A DNA stretch of 27,959 bases from a virus (taxonomy: Duplodnaviria > Caudoviricetes), in IMG/VR virus record IMGVR_UViG_3300005837_001445, positions 1 through 27,959 of that record; one strand, given 5' to 3'. A model generated the notes under the pieces. That model had not been told where the DNA came from. It worked only from the letters and a program-made list of their open reading frames with translations, and searched no databases. Made by a program: the position numbers and the translations under genes. Each line of letters opens with the position of its first letter. The stretch's first letter is position 1. Of this stretch, positions 1 to 6,883 are shown piece by piece.

Positions 1-321
1 ATGGGTGAAGGGAATCCAACACACAGGGCTAGATTTCAATTTGCTTCATACTTAGCAAGTAGACTACGCTGGTTTTTCCCACCAGAACAAGTAAAGTTAG
101 AAGAAAAAGAGAAACATGTAGATTTTATTGTAGATGTAATATCTAGACAAGGTTGGGTTGATTACGATGAAGGTGTTACTAGACTTCAAGTTGAAAGTGT
201 TGTATTAGGTGGTAACGGTAATAATGGATATAATGCTGGCATGTGTAGAACTATCATATCTGACGGTCTTTGTACTGGAATGTGTAAATTCTACGATGGT
301 ACTGCGGAGGGGATAATATAA
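1..321 (+). CDS. priL: Archaeal-type DNA primase large subunit, C-terminal Fe-S domain (probably 5'-truncated by the window)
   Basis: GNPTHRARFQFASYL...WVDYDEGVTRLQVESV...YNAGMCRTIISDGLCTGMC matches the PriL C-terminal pattern (H-x-x-R-F, D[FY]DExxTRxQV, Y-x4-C-x8-C-x3-C). The ORF starts at base 1, so the gene probably begins upstream. Confidence 0.8.
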   Translation: MGEGNPTHRARFQFASYLASRLRWFFPPEQVKLEEKEKHVDFIVDVISRQGWVDYDEGVTRLQVESVVLGGNGNNGYNAGMCRTIISDGLCTGMCKFYDGTAEGII

Positions 322-530
322 CTAAAAAATGTAGATTGTGTGACGCTAAATTAGGAAGGAGAAACCTTACTACAAGAAATAAGTTCAATACTAATCTTTG
401 TTTTTCTTGTATTAGACATCCCCCAGTAGAAGAGCAATGTATAGGTATCACCAATAAAGGGGTGAAATGTAAAATAATTAAATACAGAGATAGTAGTTAT
501 TGTAGAATGCATAAATATATGGAGAAGTAA
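318..530 (+). CDS. Small double zinc-finger protein (CxxC..CxxC plus C-x8-C-x10-C-x2-H)
   Basis: The ORF track starts at TTG 336, but the frame is open upstream (ITKKCRLCDAK...). A start at ATA 318 completes the first CxxC and follows GGAGG at 306-310. The C-terminus QCIGITNKGVKCK...YCRMH is a CCCH-type finger. Confidence 0.65.
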   Translation: MTKKCRLCDAKLGRRNLTTRNKFNTNLCFSCIRHPPVEEQCIGITNKGVKCKIIKYRDSSYCRMHKYMEK

Positions 531-532
531 AA

Positions 533-691
533 ATGAGTGATATTACAGAAAATCAACTTGAAAGTTATAATGATAGAATGTTAAAACCACCATTTGTATG
601 TCCTGTTTGTAAGAAAAAGCCCGCTAATATAACTACAGTAAATTGGAGAAGTTGCATGGATTGTTTTTGGGAGAGTAAAGAAAATGCCTAA
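533..691 (+). CDS. 52-aa zinc-ribbon protein (not in ORF track)
   Basis: ATG533 gives MSDITENQLESYNDRMLKPPFVCPVCKKKPANITTVNWRSCMDCFWESKENA*, with two CxxC motifs. GGAG lies at 521-524. It fills the gap between neighbours and overlaps the next start. Confidence 0.7.
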   Translation: MSDITENQLESYNDRMLKPPFVCPVCKKKPANITTVNWRSCMDCFWESKENA

Positions 692-1382
692 ACCTAATTT
701 AATAATAGATTCTAATGAAAGAGGTCTACTTTGTGATTCAGTGCTTAGAAAAGCAGAAAAAGCACATTTAACGGTAGTTAGGCAGCCATTAGTTGTTGGA
801 GATTATCTTCTTGGAGAAGCCTGTGTAGAGGCGAAAAGCATTGCTGATTTTTTCCAATCTAGTCACAGTGGACATCTTTGGAGACAATTAGAAAATATGG
901 ATAAAAACTACGTTCGTTTTTTCATAGTCATTCATGGAACTATTGACAAATATGTAGCCATTGCAAAGAAAAACGGAAGGCGTATTACTTACAGTAGAGT
1001 TCAAAATGAATTAACAGGAACTATCGCTAGAGTTATGGCAGATTTCGAGTGTCAGGTTTTCTATACACCAAACACAAGCGAAGCCGCACTTTTTATCACT
1101 AAATTACATGATAAATTACACAAACCTGCTAGTTCACATGGTGCTAGAACAATCAAAAGAGTGGCTAGTAATGATATTAGAAAAGATATGTTAGCCACGA
1201 TACCGGGTCTTGGGAAAGAAATAATAGATAGGATATTCGAGAAGTGTGGTAGTATAGAAGAAATGGCTTACCCAGAGGCACTTAAACAAGTAAAAGGATT
1301 AGGTCCTGTGCTTAGGTCTAGAATAGTTCAAGCCATTACAAGCGAAGAAGCAATGGTAGTTGAAAGAAAAGTAAAGAGGTGA
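684..1382 (+). CDS. ERCC4/XPF-family structure-specific endonuclease with tandem HhH motifs
   Basis: IIDSNE, VGDYLL and VEAKSIADFFQS (the ERKxxxD motif, here EAK). C-terminal HhH motifs LATIPGLG and LKQVKGLGP. The architecture is that of short, helicase-less XPF. Confidence 0.9.
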   Translation: MPKPNLIIDSNERGLLCDSVLRKAEKAHLTVVRQPLVVGDYLLGEACVEAKSIADFFQSSHSGHLWRQLENMDKNYVRFFIVIHGTIDKYVAIAKKNGRRITYSRVQNELTGTIARVMADFECQVFYTPNTSEAALFITKLHDKLHKPASSHGARTIKRVASNDIRKDMLATIPGLGKEIIDRIFEKCGSIEEMAYPEALKQVKGLGPVLRSRIVQAITSEEAMVVERKVKR

Positions 1383-1385
1383 AAA

Positions 1386-1447
1386 TCTTATGTCTAGACA
1401 CATAATCGCACATAAGACTATATACTGACCTCTAGAGGGGTCAAATT
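1386..1447 (+). promoter_or_regulatory. Palindrome-rich intergenic spacer with a TATA-like box
   Basis: TATATA at 1419-1424, about 26 nt before ATG1448. Inverted repeat TCTTATGT (1386-1393)/ACATAAGA (1410-1417). Perfect palindromes TGTCTAGACA (1391-1400) and CCTCTAGAGG (1429-1438). Confidence 0.5.
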
Positions 1448-2848
1448 ATGAGAGATTATGCGGATTATGAAGCGGTAAAGAAATACCCTATATTCAAAGG
1501 GTACATAGAACATTTTAGAGAGACATCAATGGATAATGATATTCCGGGTATGCTCTCTTTCTTCTTTTTGAACGGTCAAGCGGCGGTCCCTTATGTTAGG
1601 ATTCCTTGGGGGCCAAGTCACTTAGACCCAAGAGTACACGTTTTCTGGGTACAACCTTCTCGTACTGGTAAGTCTGTTTCTTGGGAATTTATTGGAGACG
1701 TCGCAAAGGATTCGGAAATTCCTACAGATAATTACACTACTGGAACTGATGCCGCTTTAATAGGTGGTTGGGAAGAATATGTAGACGAAGATGGTAATAG
1801 ACAAAAAGATATGAAAGAAGGATTGTTGAATGGGAGAAAGGGACTTAACTTTGACGAGGGTAGTATTATTCTAAGTCCTAACAAACACAGTCAAGAAACA
1901 GTTCTATATCTTCAATCTGCATGTAACCCTGTTGGTACTCATGGAAACAAAATGGTGAAACACACTAAGGCTGGAAGAATAGAAGCAGAATCTTTAGTCT
2001 CTATGTGGATTACTACTTTCCCACCAAAAGGAGTAAAAGACTACGTTCTTACAAAAGGAATTTTCCAGAGAGTTTTGCTTTATTGGGGTGAATGGGACAC
2101 AGCAAAAAGACAAGATGTTAGTATTAAAAGAATGAGTAGTGCATTTAAAAAATTACCAAAAATGGCTGTAGATTACAAAGAAATCACAGATTACTTTAAT
2201 GATTTACAAAAAAATCTTAGAGATAGAGTTCTAAACTTATCGGAAACCACATTCATTGAATGGGATGGAATGGATAGGGAAGAGCAAGAATTGATTTTAG
2301 AAAGTGTAATGCACGAAATGTTCAAGGCTGACGATACGTTTTATGCCGCTTGTTATGACGCTATTGATGATTATTATGACCTACTAAATGGATTAGCACC
2401 CGGTATAGGGGAAGTTGTTGCGTCTTTCATGCCAGCAGTTGAGAATTATACTGTTATTTTCGCAACACATATGGCTATGATTGAAGGTGTTTGGACTGTT
2501 ACTGGAGAACACGTAGATATGGCTAAAGATATTCTTTATGATTTAACAAGAAACTTAATTCTATGGCTAGAAGACGAAGTTGAAGTCGGGTTTAAGAAAA
2601 CAGAAGTGGCCGAATACAGAACTAAGTTTACACTATCATTCCAAAATACCGAAAAAATGGACTTTGAAGATAATAGAGGTAATGGTTGGGTAAGAAAAGA
2701 AGCAATGCTAAGAGTCTATGAAGATAGGGCAAATGTGACTAGAGGTACCGCTTGGAATCACTTCACAAAATACGCTAAAGACATGTTTGAATCGACAAAA
2801 TCTGGAAAATTAGTATTCCTTAGATTAAAAAAGGACAAAAACGAATAA
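1448..2848 (+). CDS. MCM-like/DUF3987-like AAA+ ATPase, putative replicative helicase
   Basis: Walker A variant WVQPSRTGKS, an MCM-like TTGTDAALIGG segment, Walker B LNFDEG and putative Arg finger GIFQRVL. Possible C-terminal winged helix. Located in a replication gene cluster. Confidence 0.7.
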   Translation: MRDYADYEAVKKYPIFKGYIEHFRETSMDNDIPGMLSFFFLNGQAAVPYVRIPWGPSHLDPRVHVFWVQPSRTGKSVSWEFIGDVAKDSEIPTDNYTTGTDAALIGGWEEYVDEDGNRQKDMKEGLLNGRKGLNFDEGSIILSPNKHSQETVLYLQSACNPVGTHGNKMVKHTKAGRIEAESLVSMWITTFPPKGVKDYVLTKGIFQRVLLYWGEWDTAKRQDVSIKRMSSAFKKLPKMAVDYKEITDYFNDLQKNLRDRVLNLSETTFIEWDGMDREEQELILESVMHEMFKADDTFYAACYDAIDDYYDLLNGLAPGIGEVVASFMPAVENYTVIFATHMAMIEGVWTVTGEHVDMAKDILYDLTRNLILWLEDEVEVGFKKTEVAEYRTKFTLSFQNTEKMDFEDNRGNGWVRKEAMLRVYEDRANVTRGTAWNHFTKYAKDMFESTKSGKLVFLRLKKDKNE

Positions 2849-2877
2849 CTTTTGTACAAAGATAGGTTGGTGGACAC

Positions 2878-3489
2878 ATGACAGATATTCTATCTTTAGA
2901 TATTGAAACGGCAAATTACTCTTACGATATCGGGGGATGGAACAATAGAACCCTCTTTGAGCCTAGTGTAATCGCTACTTGGGACGGTTCTAATGCTACA
3001 GTATTTACTAAGAAAGAAGTCACAATTAAAGATGCTACAATCTTACCTTTACATGCTAAAGATATAGGTAATCATCTCACAGCACATATAGAGAAAGGTG
3101 GAAAAATATTAGGTCACAATATACTTAATTTTGACTTACCCGTAATTAAAGAATCACTAGATTGTTTTGCAGCGGGGGATATAATGTATAAAAACCAAGA
3201 TAGTATTATTGATACTAAAAAGATAATTCAAAAATCATCCTTAAAACATGGTAGAATTACAACTACATTAGATATGCTAGTAAAAAATACCATTGATAAT
3301 TTTAAGTCTATGTCTAGCATAGAAGCACCTAAAGCGTGGGGTAAAGGGCGTTATACAGAAGTGGCTGATTATTGTCTAAAAGATGCTAAATTAACATATG
3401 ATTTATACAAACATATGCAAGAACATAACATAGTCAAATCTCGTTCTCTGGAAACAGGGGAAGTGATTGAAATAGAAATAGAATGGTGA
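2878..3489 (+). CDS. DEDD (RNase H-fold, YprB/PolB-exo-like) 3'-5' exonuclease
   Basis: ExoI LSLDIET, ExoII GHNILNFDLPVI, IIDT, and ExoIII YCLKDAKLTYDLY. Confidence 0.88.
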   Translation: MTDILSLDIETANYSYDIGGWNNRTLFEPSVIATWDGSNATVFTKKEVTIKDATILPLHAKDIGNHLTAHIEKGGKILGHNILNFDLPVIKESLDCFAAGDIMYKNQDSIIDTKKIIQKSSLKHGRITTTLDMLVKNTIDNFKSMSSIEAPKAWGKGRYTEVADYCLKDAKLTYDLYKHMQEHNIVKSRSLETGEVIEIEIEW

Positions 3490-3494
3490 AATAA

Positions 3495-3653
3495 ATGAAA
3501 ATTGAAGAAGAAATAAAATTAAAAGTTGGAATAGATACTTTGTTAAGAACAATATCACAAGGTGGTGCATTGTCGGATATACAAAGAATGGCGAGTAGAA
3601 TAGCGAATGAGGTAAATTGGCCTTTTACTCCAGAAAATAATGAGGAGGAATGA
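3495..3653 (+). CDS. 52-aa hypothetical protein (not in ORF track)
   Basis: GGTGA SD at 3485-3489, then ATG3495 gives MKIEEEIKLKVGIDTLLRTISQGGALSDIQRMASRIANEVNWPFTPENNEEE*. The stop overlaps or abuts the thermosome start. Confidence 0.7.
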   Translation: MKIEEEIKLKVGIDTLLRTISQGGALSDIQRMASRIANEVNWPFTPENNEEE

Positions 3654-5158
3654 AAATGGAAAAACAGGAAACAAGAAAAGCAAACGCACAAGCATTGAAT
3701 ATAAACGCAGCAAAAGCCATCGTAGAGACTTGTAAAAGTACTCTGGGACCAATGGGTATGGATAAAATGATGGTAGATGGTGCAGGAAACGTAATTGTTA
3801 CAAACGATGGAGCCACAATTTTACGAGAACTAGATGTTGCACATCCGGGCGCTAAAATGATGGTAGAAATATCCAAGACTCAAGAATCTTTGTGCTATGA
3901 TGGTACAACTACCACAGTGGTACTTGCTGGGCAATTACTTACTAACAGCGAAAGTTTGTACAAAAAAGGACTACACCCAAATGTAATTTGTAGGGGCTAT
4001 CACGAAGCAGCAAGAATGGCTTCAAAATATCTTGAGAGTGATGTCGCTTTTGAAGGTAATCAAGACGTTCTAAAAAATATAGCAAAAACTGCAATAACAG
4101 GAAAAACTTTGGAAACAGCGACTGATATTGTTAGTCAGTTGTGTGTAGATTCTGTAGTTAAAGCGGGTGAATCAGATAAAGTTAGAGTTGTTAGTTTACC
4201 GGGAGGTAGTATTGAAGATTCATATCTTTTTAACGGTGTAGTATTAAGCAAGAATCTAGTTTTAGATGTCGATTTCAAAAAGAATACCAAAGTAGTTTTA
4301 GTTAATACAGGTCTTGAAAATGAAAAGACTGAAGAAAATATATCTATTCAAATGGATGCTGAATCTTATACACAATTTAAACAAGGAAACCAAGATAGTC
4401 TTTTAGATAAGGCAAAAAAGATTGTACACAGTATTGGTGATGAAGGTATTGTATTTGTTAGAGATGGGGTTCATGACAATATTTGTGCGTACCTAAAGAA
4501 AAATAATATAGGGGTAGTAAGAAGATTACCAGAAAGTATGATGAAAGCCTTGAGTAATGCTTTAAATTTAAATGTCGCGCAAACAGTAAATGATTTGGAA
4601 GAAAACGCTTCAGCAAAAATAATTAGACAAAAACACAACGATGTTTACTATTTATTCATACAAGGTGATAAGGAATCAGACCAATCTACTTTAATTTTGA
4701 GGGGTGCTACTCAATCTACTCTTGATGAAGTAGAACGAGGATTTGACGATGCTTTAGGTGTAGTGGGTATGGTAAAAGATACAAATCGTGTAGTTTATGG
4801 TGGAGGCTCTTCTTTCGTAGCAATGGCTTCTCATCTAAGGAGTCACGCAGCATCTATTGGTGGAAGGGCGCAAATGGCTATTGAAGCCTATGCTGACGCT
4901 CTAGAGATTATACCAGCAACCATTGCTGAAAACGCAGGGCATGACCCACTTGATACAGTACTTTCTATGAGACACGCTGTACAGCAAGGTGATTTGGAAT
5001 ACGGCCCTGATGTGACAAATGGGGGTATTCATAGTATGAAGGAAGAAGATGTAATAGAGCCTATGCAATTGATAAAGCAAGCAATGTTATCCGCAACAGA
5101 AGTTACGACATCTATATTAAGGATAGATGATATAGTCAGCCGAAGGCCAGTTGAGTAG
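3650..5158 (+). CDS. ths: Group II chaperonin (thermosome subunit), virus-encoded
   Basis: STLGPMGMDKMMVD, VTNDGATIL, HPGAKM, (Y)DGTTT, LILRGAT..LDEVER..DDA, VYGGG, IAENAG.DP and SILRIDD. A helical-protrusion-like segment is present. The true start may be ATG3656 (GGAGG at 3644-3648). Confidence 0.96.
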   Translation: MKMEKQETRKANAQALNINAAKAIVETCKSTLGPMGMDKMMVDGAGNVIVTNDGATILRELDVAHPGAKMMVEISKTQESLCYDGTTTTVVLAGQLLTNSESLYKKGLHPNVICRGYHEAARMASKYLESDVAFEGNQDVLKNIAKTAITGKTLETATDIVSQLCVDSVVKAGESDKVRVVSLPGGSIEDSYLFNGVVLSKNLVLDVDFKKNTKVVLVNTGLENEKTEENISIQMDAESYTQFKQGNQDSLLDKAKKIVHSIGDEGIVFVRDGVHDNICAYLKKNNIGVVRRLPESMMKALSNALNLNVAQTVNDLEENASAKIIRQKHNDVYYLFIQGDKESDQSTLILRGATQSTLDEVERGFDDALGVVGMVKDTNRVVYGGGSSFVAMASHLRSHAASIGGRAQMAIEAYADALEIIPATIAENAGHDPLDTVLSMRHAVQQGDLEYGPDVTNGGIHSMKEEDVIEPMQLIKQAMLSATEVTTSILRIDDIVSRRPVE

Positions 5159-5159
5159 T

Positions 5160-5345
5160 ATGGGTAGATTATTAGATAAATTAAATGTTACATGTAGGGC
5201 TTGTGGTCACACACATATCCCAAGAAGATTATCTGCTAGATATCACGACACTATAGGAAAAAGAATTCATTTATGGGAATGTAAACAATGTAAGCATATA
5301 TGGGTTGATACAGCCTTCAAAGCGAAGGGTTTATTCAAAAGATAG
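5160..5345 (+). CDS. Zinc-ribbon protein (TFS/RPB9- or Ogr/Delta-like spacing), possible transcription regulator
   Basis: CRACG...LWECKQCKHIW. ATG5160 follows directly after the thermosome stop and is preferred over TTG5151. Confidence 0.7.
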   Translation: MGRLLDKLNVTCRACGHTHIPRRLSARYHDTIGKRIHLWECKQCKHIWVDTAFKAKGLFKR

Positions 5346-5484
5346 TGTTCCGATTACATGAGGGTTTACTATATTAAACACCATAAAAAATAACCTCTTC
5401 AATTGTGTATTTTCCAAATAGTATGGCGTTTTCTTTTCTCAATAGTTTCATTCGCGCCAATGGTGTACCCTCAAAAAAATACAG

Positions 5485-5538
5485 TTCTTGATGCAAGAAT
5501 AAGAAAAAACAATATAGTATTAGTTTACTTTTTACACC
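5485..5538 (+). promoter_or_regulatory. Candidate archaeal promoter with adjacent operator-like palindrome
   Basis: TTCTTG-ATG-CAAGAA (5485-5499), a purine-rich BRE-like AAGAAAAAAC, and AATATAGT (5511-5518) about 24 nt before ATG5539. No SD, so a leaderless transcript is possible. Confidence 0.35.
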
Positions 5539-5688
5539 ATGTTAGACATAGCGGGTTTAGATAGAATAGTATCTCAACCAATACACATAGAAACCGCTAT
5601 ACTTCAAATTAAAATATTCTTTGTAATTGTAGCCCAACAAATATCTTATCTTATTCATACTTTAGTAAACGAGGTTAGATATGAATAA
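5539..5688 (+). CDS. 49-aa hydrophobic micro-protein
   Basis: MLDIAGLDRIVSQPIHIETAILQIKIFFVIVAQQISYLIHTLVNEVRYE*. Overlaps the next ORF by 8 nt. Confidence 0.55.
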   Translation: MLDIAGLDRIVSQPIHIETAILQIKIFFVIVAQQISYLIHTLVNEVRYE

Positions 5689-5770
5689 AATAGATAAAAT
5701 CTTTTGGACATTATCTAATCGTTTTTGGGTATGGATAGCAACCAAAAAGGAGGATTACAATGAAAGATAG
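5681..5770 (+). CDS. 29-aa Trp/Phe-rich micro-protein
   Basis: GAGGT SD at 5671-5675. MNKIDKIFWTLSNRFWVWIATKKEDYNER*. Confidence 0.55.
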   Translation: MNKIDKIFWTLSNRFWVWIATKKEDYNER

Positions 5771-5843
5771 AAAACACCACAATGGTGCTTGTAAAATGTG
5801 GCAAGCATTTATGGCAGAATCATTTGAAGATTGGGAACAGTAA
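5760..5843 (+). CDS. 27-aa micro-protein
   Basis: Strong AAGGAGG SD ending at 5753. MKDRKHHNGACKMWQAFMAESFEDWEQ*. The stop lies 2 bp from the convergent operon's stop. Confidence 0.6.
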   Translation: MKDRKHHNGACKMWQAFMAESFEDWEQ

Positions 5844-5845
5844 GA

Positions 5846-6121
5846 TTAATTTATCCAAGAAGGTTTTGTCGGGTAATCGGGATTAAAAGGGTCTGATGAA
5901 GCGGGTAAATCTCTAAGACCTTGCCTAAATGTAGTCAACTCTGTTTGTTGTGCAGGTGTCAATGAGTTATAGACATCAGTAAGCATATAATAATCTGTTT
6001 CTTCTAATTCACCTTGACGAATTAGTCTTAATTGTTGTCTAGCCTCTTCTTCTGTTAAGACTCTTGTAAGTACAACTTCTCCGTCAACAATAGTTTGTTG
6101 TAAAAACCATTCACCTGTCAT
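5846..6121 (-). CDS. Phage tail fibre assembly chaperone-like protein (Phage_tail_APC-like)
   Basis: LRLIRQGELEETDYYMLTD...ELTTFRQGLRDLP...PDYPTKP fits the R-x-x-R-x-x-x-L-x-x-[ST]D[WY]...[YF]RQxLRDLP...[WY]PxxP pattern. It is the last gene of the fibre operon. Confidence 0.8.
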   Translation of the reverse strand: MTGEWFLQQTIVDGEVVLTRVLTEEEARQQLRLIRQGELEETDYYMLTDVYNSLTPAQQTELTTFRQGLRDLPASSDPFNPDYPTKPSWIN

Positions 6122-6125
6122 TTAA

Positions 6126-6872
6126 TCACGCCCACCTGTTATCATTACTACTATCTCCTAAATACTCAAAATATACTCTAGGGTAATAGTTGTCTTGATA
6201 CGGAACAAACTTATTAGCACTACTATTAATTGTAAAACTTCCTGTCTTAAAAGTTGTTATACTAGGGTACCAGTAAAGCATATTTGAAGGATTACTTGAT
6301 GCAGGTATTCTTATGGGTTGTGTTTTACTACTGTGAATACAATTAAAATTAACATTAGAGCCATTAGTACCATGACCCCCTAAAAAGCCCAACCAATACC
6401 AAGTATCTGCCGTCAAAGTTATTCTACTACCACCACTTCTTACATCATATTGGCTTTGGCTATATTGATTTCTTGGTTCAAAATCATATGTATCTATTAT
6501 AGTAGCACTAGGATAACCAGTATTAGAATCAGAACTAAACAAAGACCATTTATACCCATCACTATTACCACTACTAAACTCTAATCCATTATGAGTACCA
6601 CTACCTGCTTGAATCATTATTCTATCTAACTCTCCACCAGTACCACTATAAAATGGAATAAAATATTGTTTTCTAGCAAAATAAAAAGGCGCTGCGTTAT
6701 TAAAAGAATTAGTACCAACACTCGGCATAAAAAACATATCATTGTTAGATGTTAGACTATTGCTACCTGCTCTAGTCATATGTAGTGGTCTTAAACCAAC
6801 ACCATCTCCACCGCCCGAACCATCATCTATTGTTCCATCTGCTTTTCTTTGTCTAAATGCTTGTCTACCCAT
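6126..6872 (-). CDS. Putative distal fibre / receptor-binding beta-sandwich protein
   Basis: Aromatic, Gly/Ser/Asn-rich and beta-strand-like (ITLTADTWYWLGF). Lies between the fibres and the chaperone. GGTGA SD. Function inferred from position only. Confidence 0.5.
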   Translation of the reverse strand: MGRQAFRQRKADGTIDDGSGGGDGVGLRPLHMTRAGSNSLTSNNDMFFMPSVGTNSFNNAAPFYFARKQYFIPFYSGTGGELDRIMIQAGSGTHNGLEFSSGNSDGYKWSLFSSDSNTGYPSATIIDTYDFEPRNQYSQSQYDVRSGGSRITLTADTWYWLGFLGGHGTNGSNVNFNCIHSSKTQPIRIPASSNPSNMLYWYPSITTFKTGSFTINSSANKFVPYQDNYYPRVYFEYLGDSSNDNRWA

Positions 6873-6883
6873 ATTTAATCACC

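Noticed and set aside
254-454. - strand 66-aa ORF
   Set aside because: Antisense to priL and the Zn-finger gene, with no supporting features.
2851-2860. Palindrome TTTGTACAAA between the ATPase and exonuclease genes
   Set aside because: A single AT-rich 10-mer is expected by chance and does not match the other palindromes.
3434-3876. Three - strand ORFs (3434, 3555, 3625)
   Set aside because: They overlap better-supported + strand genes (exonuclease, the 52-aa ORF with SD, thermosome).
5374-5496. - strand 25-40 aa ORF (..MKLLRKENAILFGKYTIEEVIFYGV*) in the spacer after the Zn-ribbon gene
   Set aside because: It fills otherwise empty space and could be real, but it has no clear SD, motif or coupling, so the evidence is insufficient.
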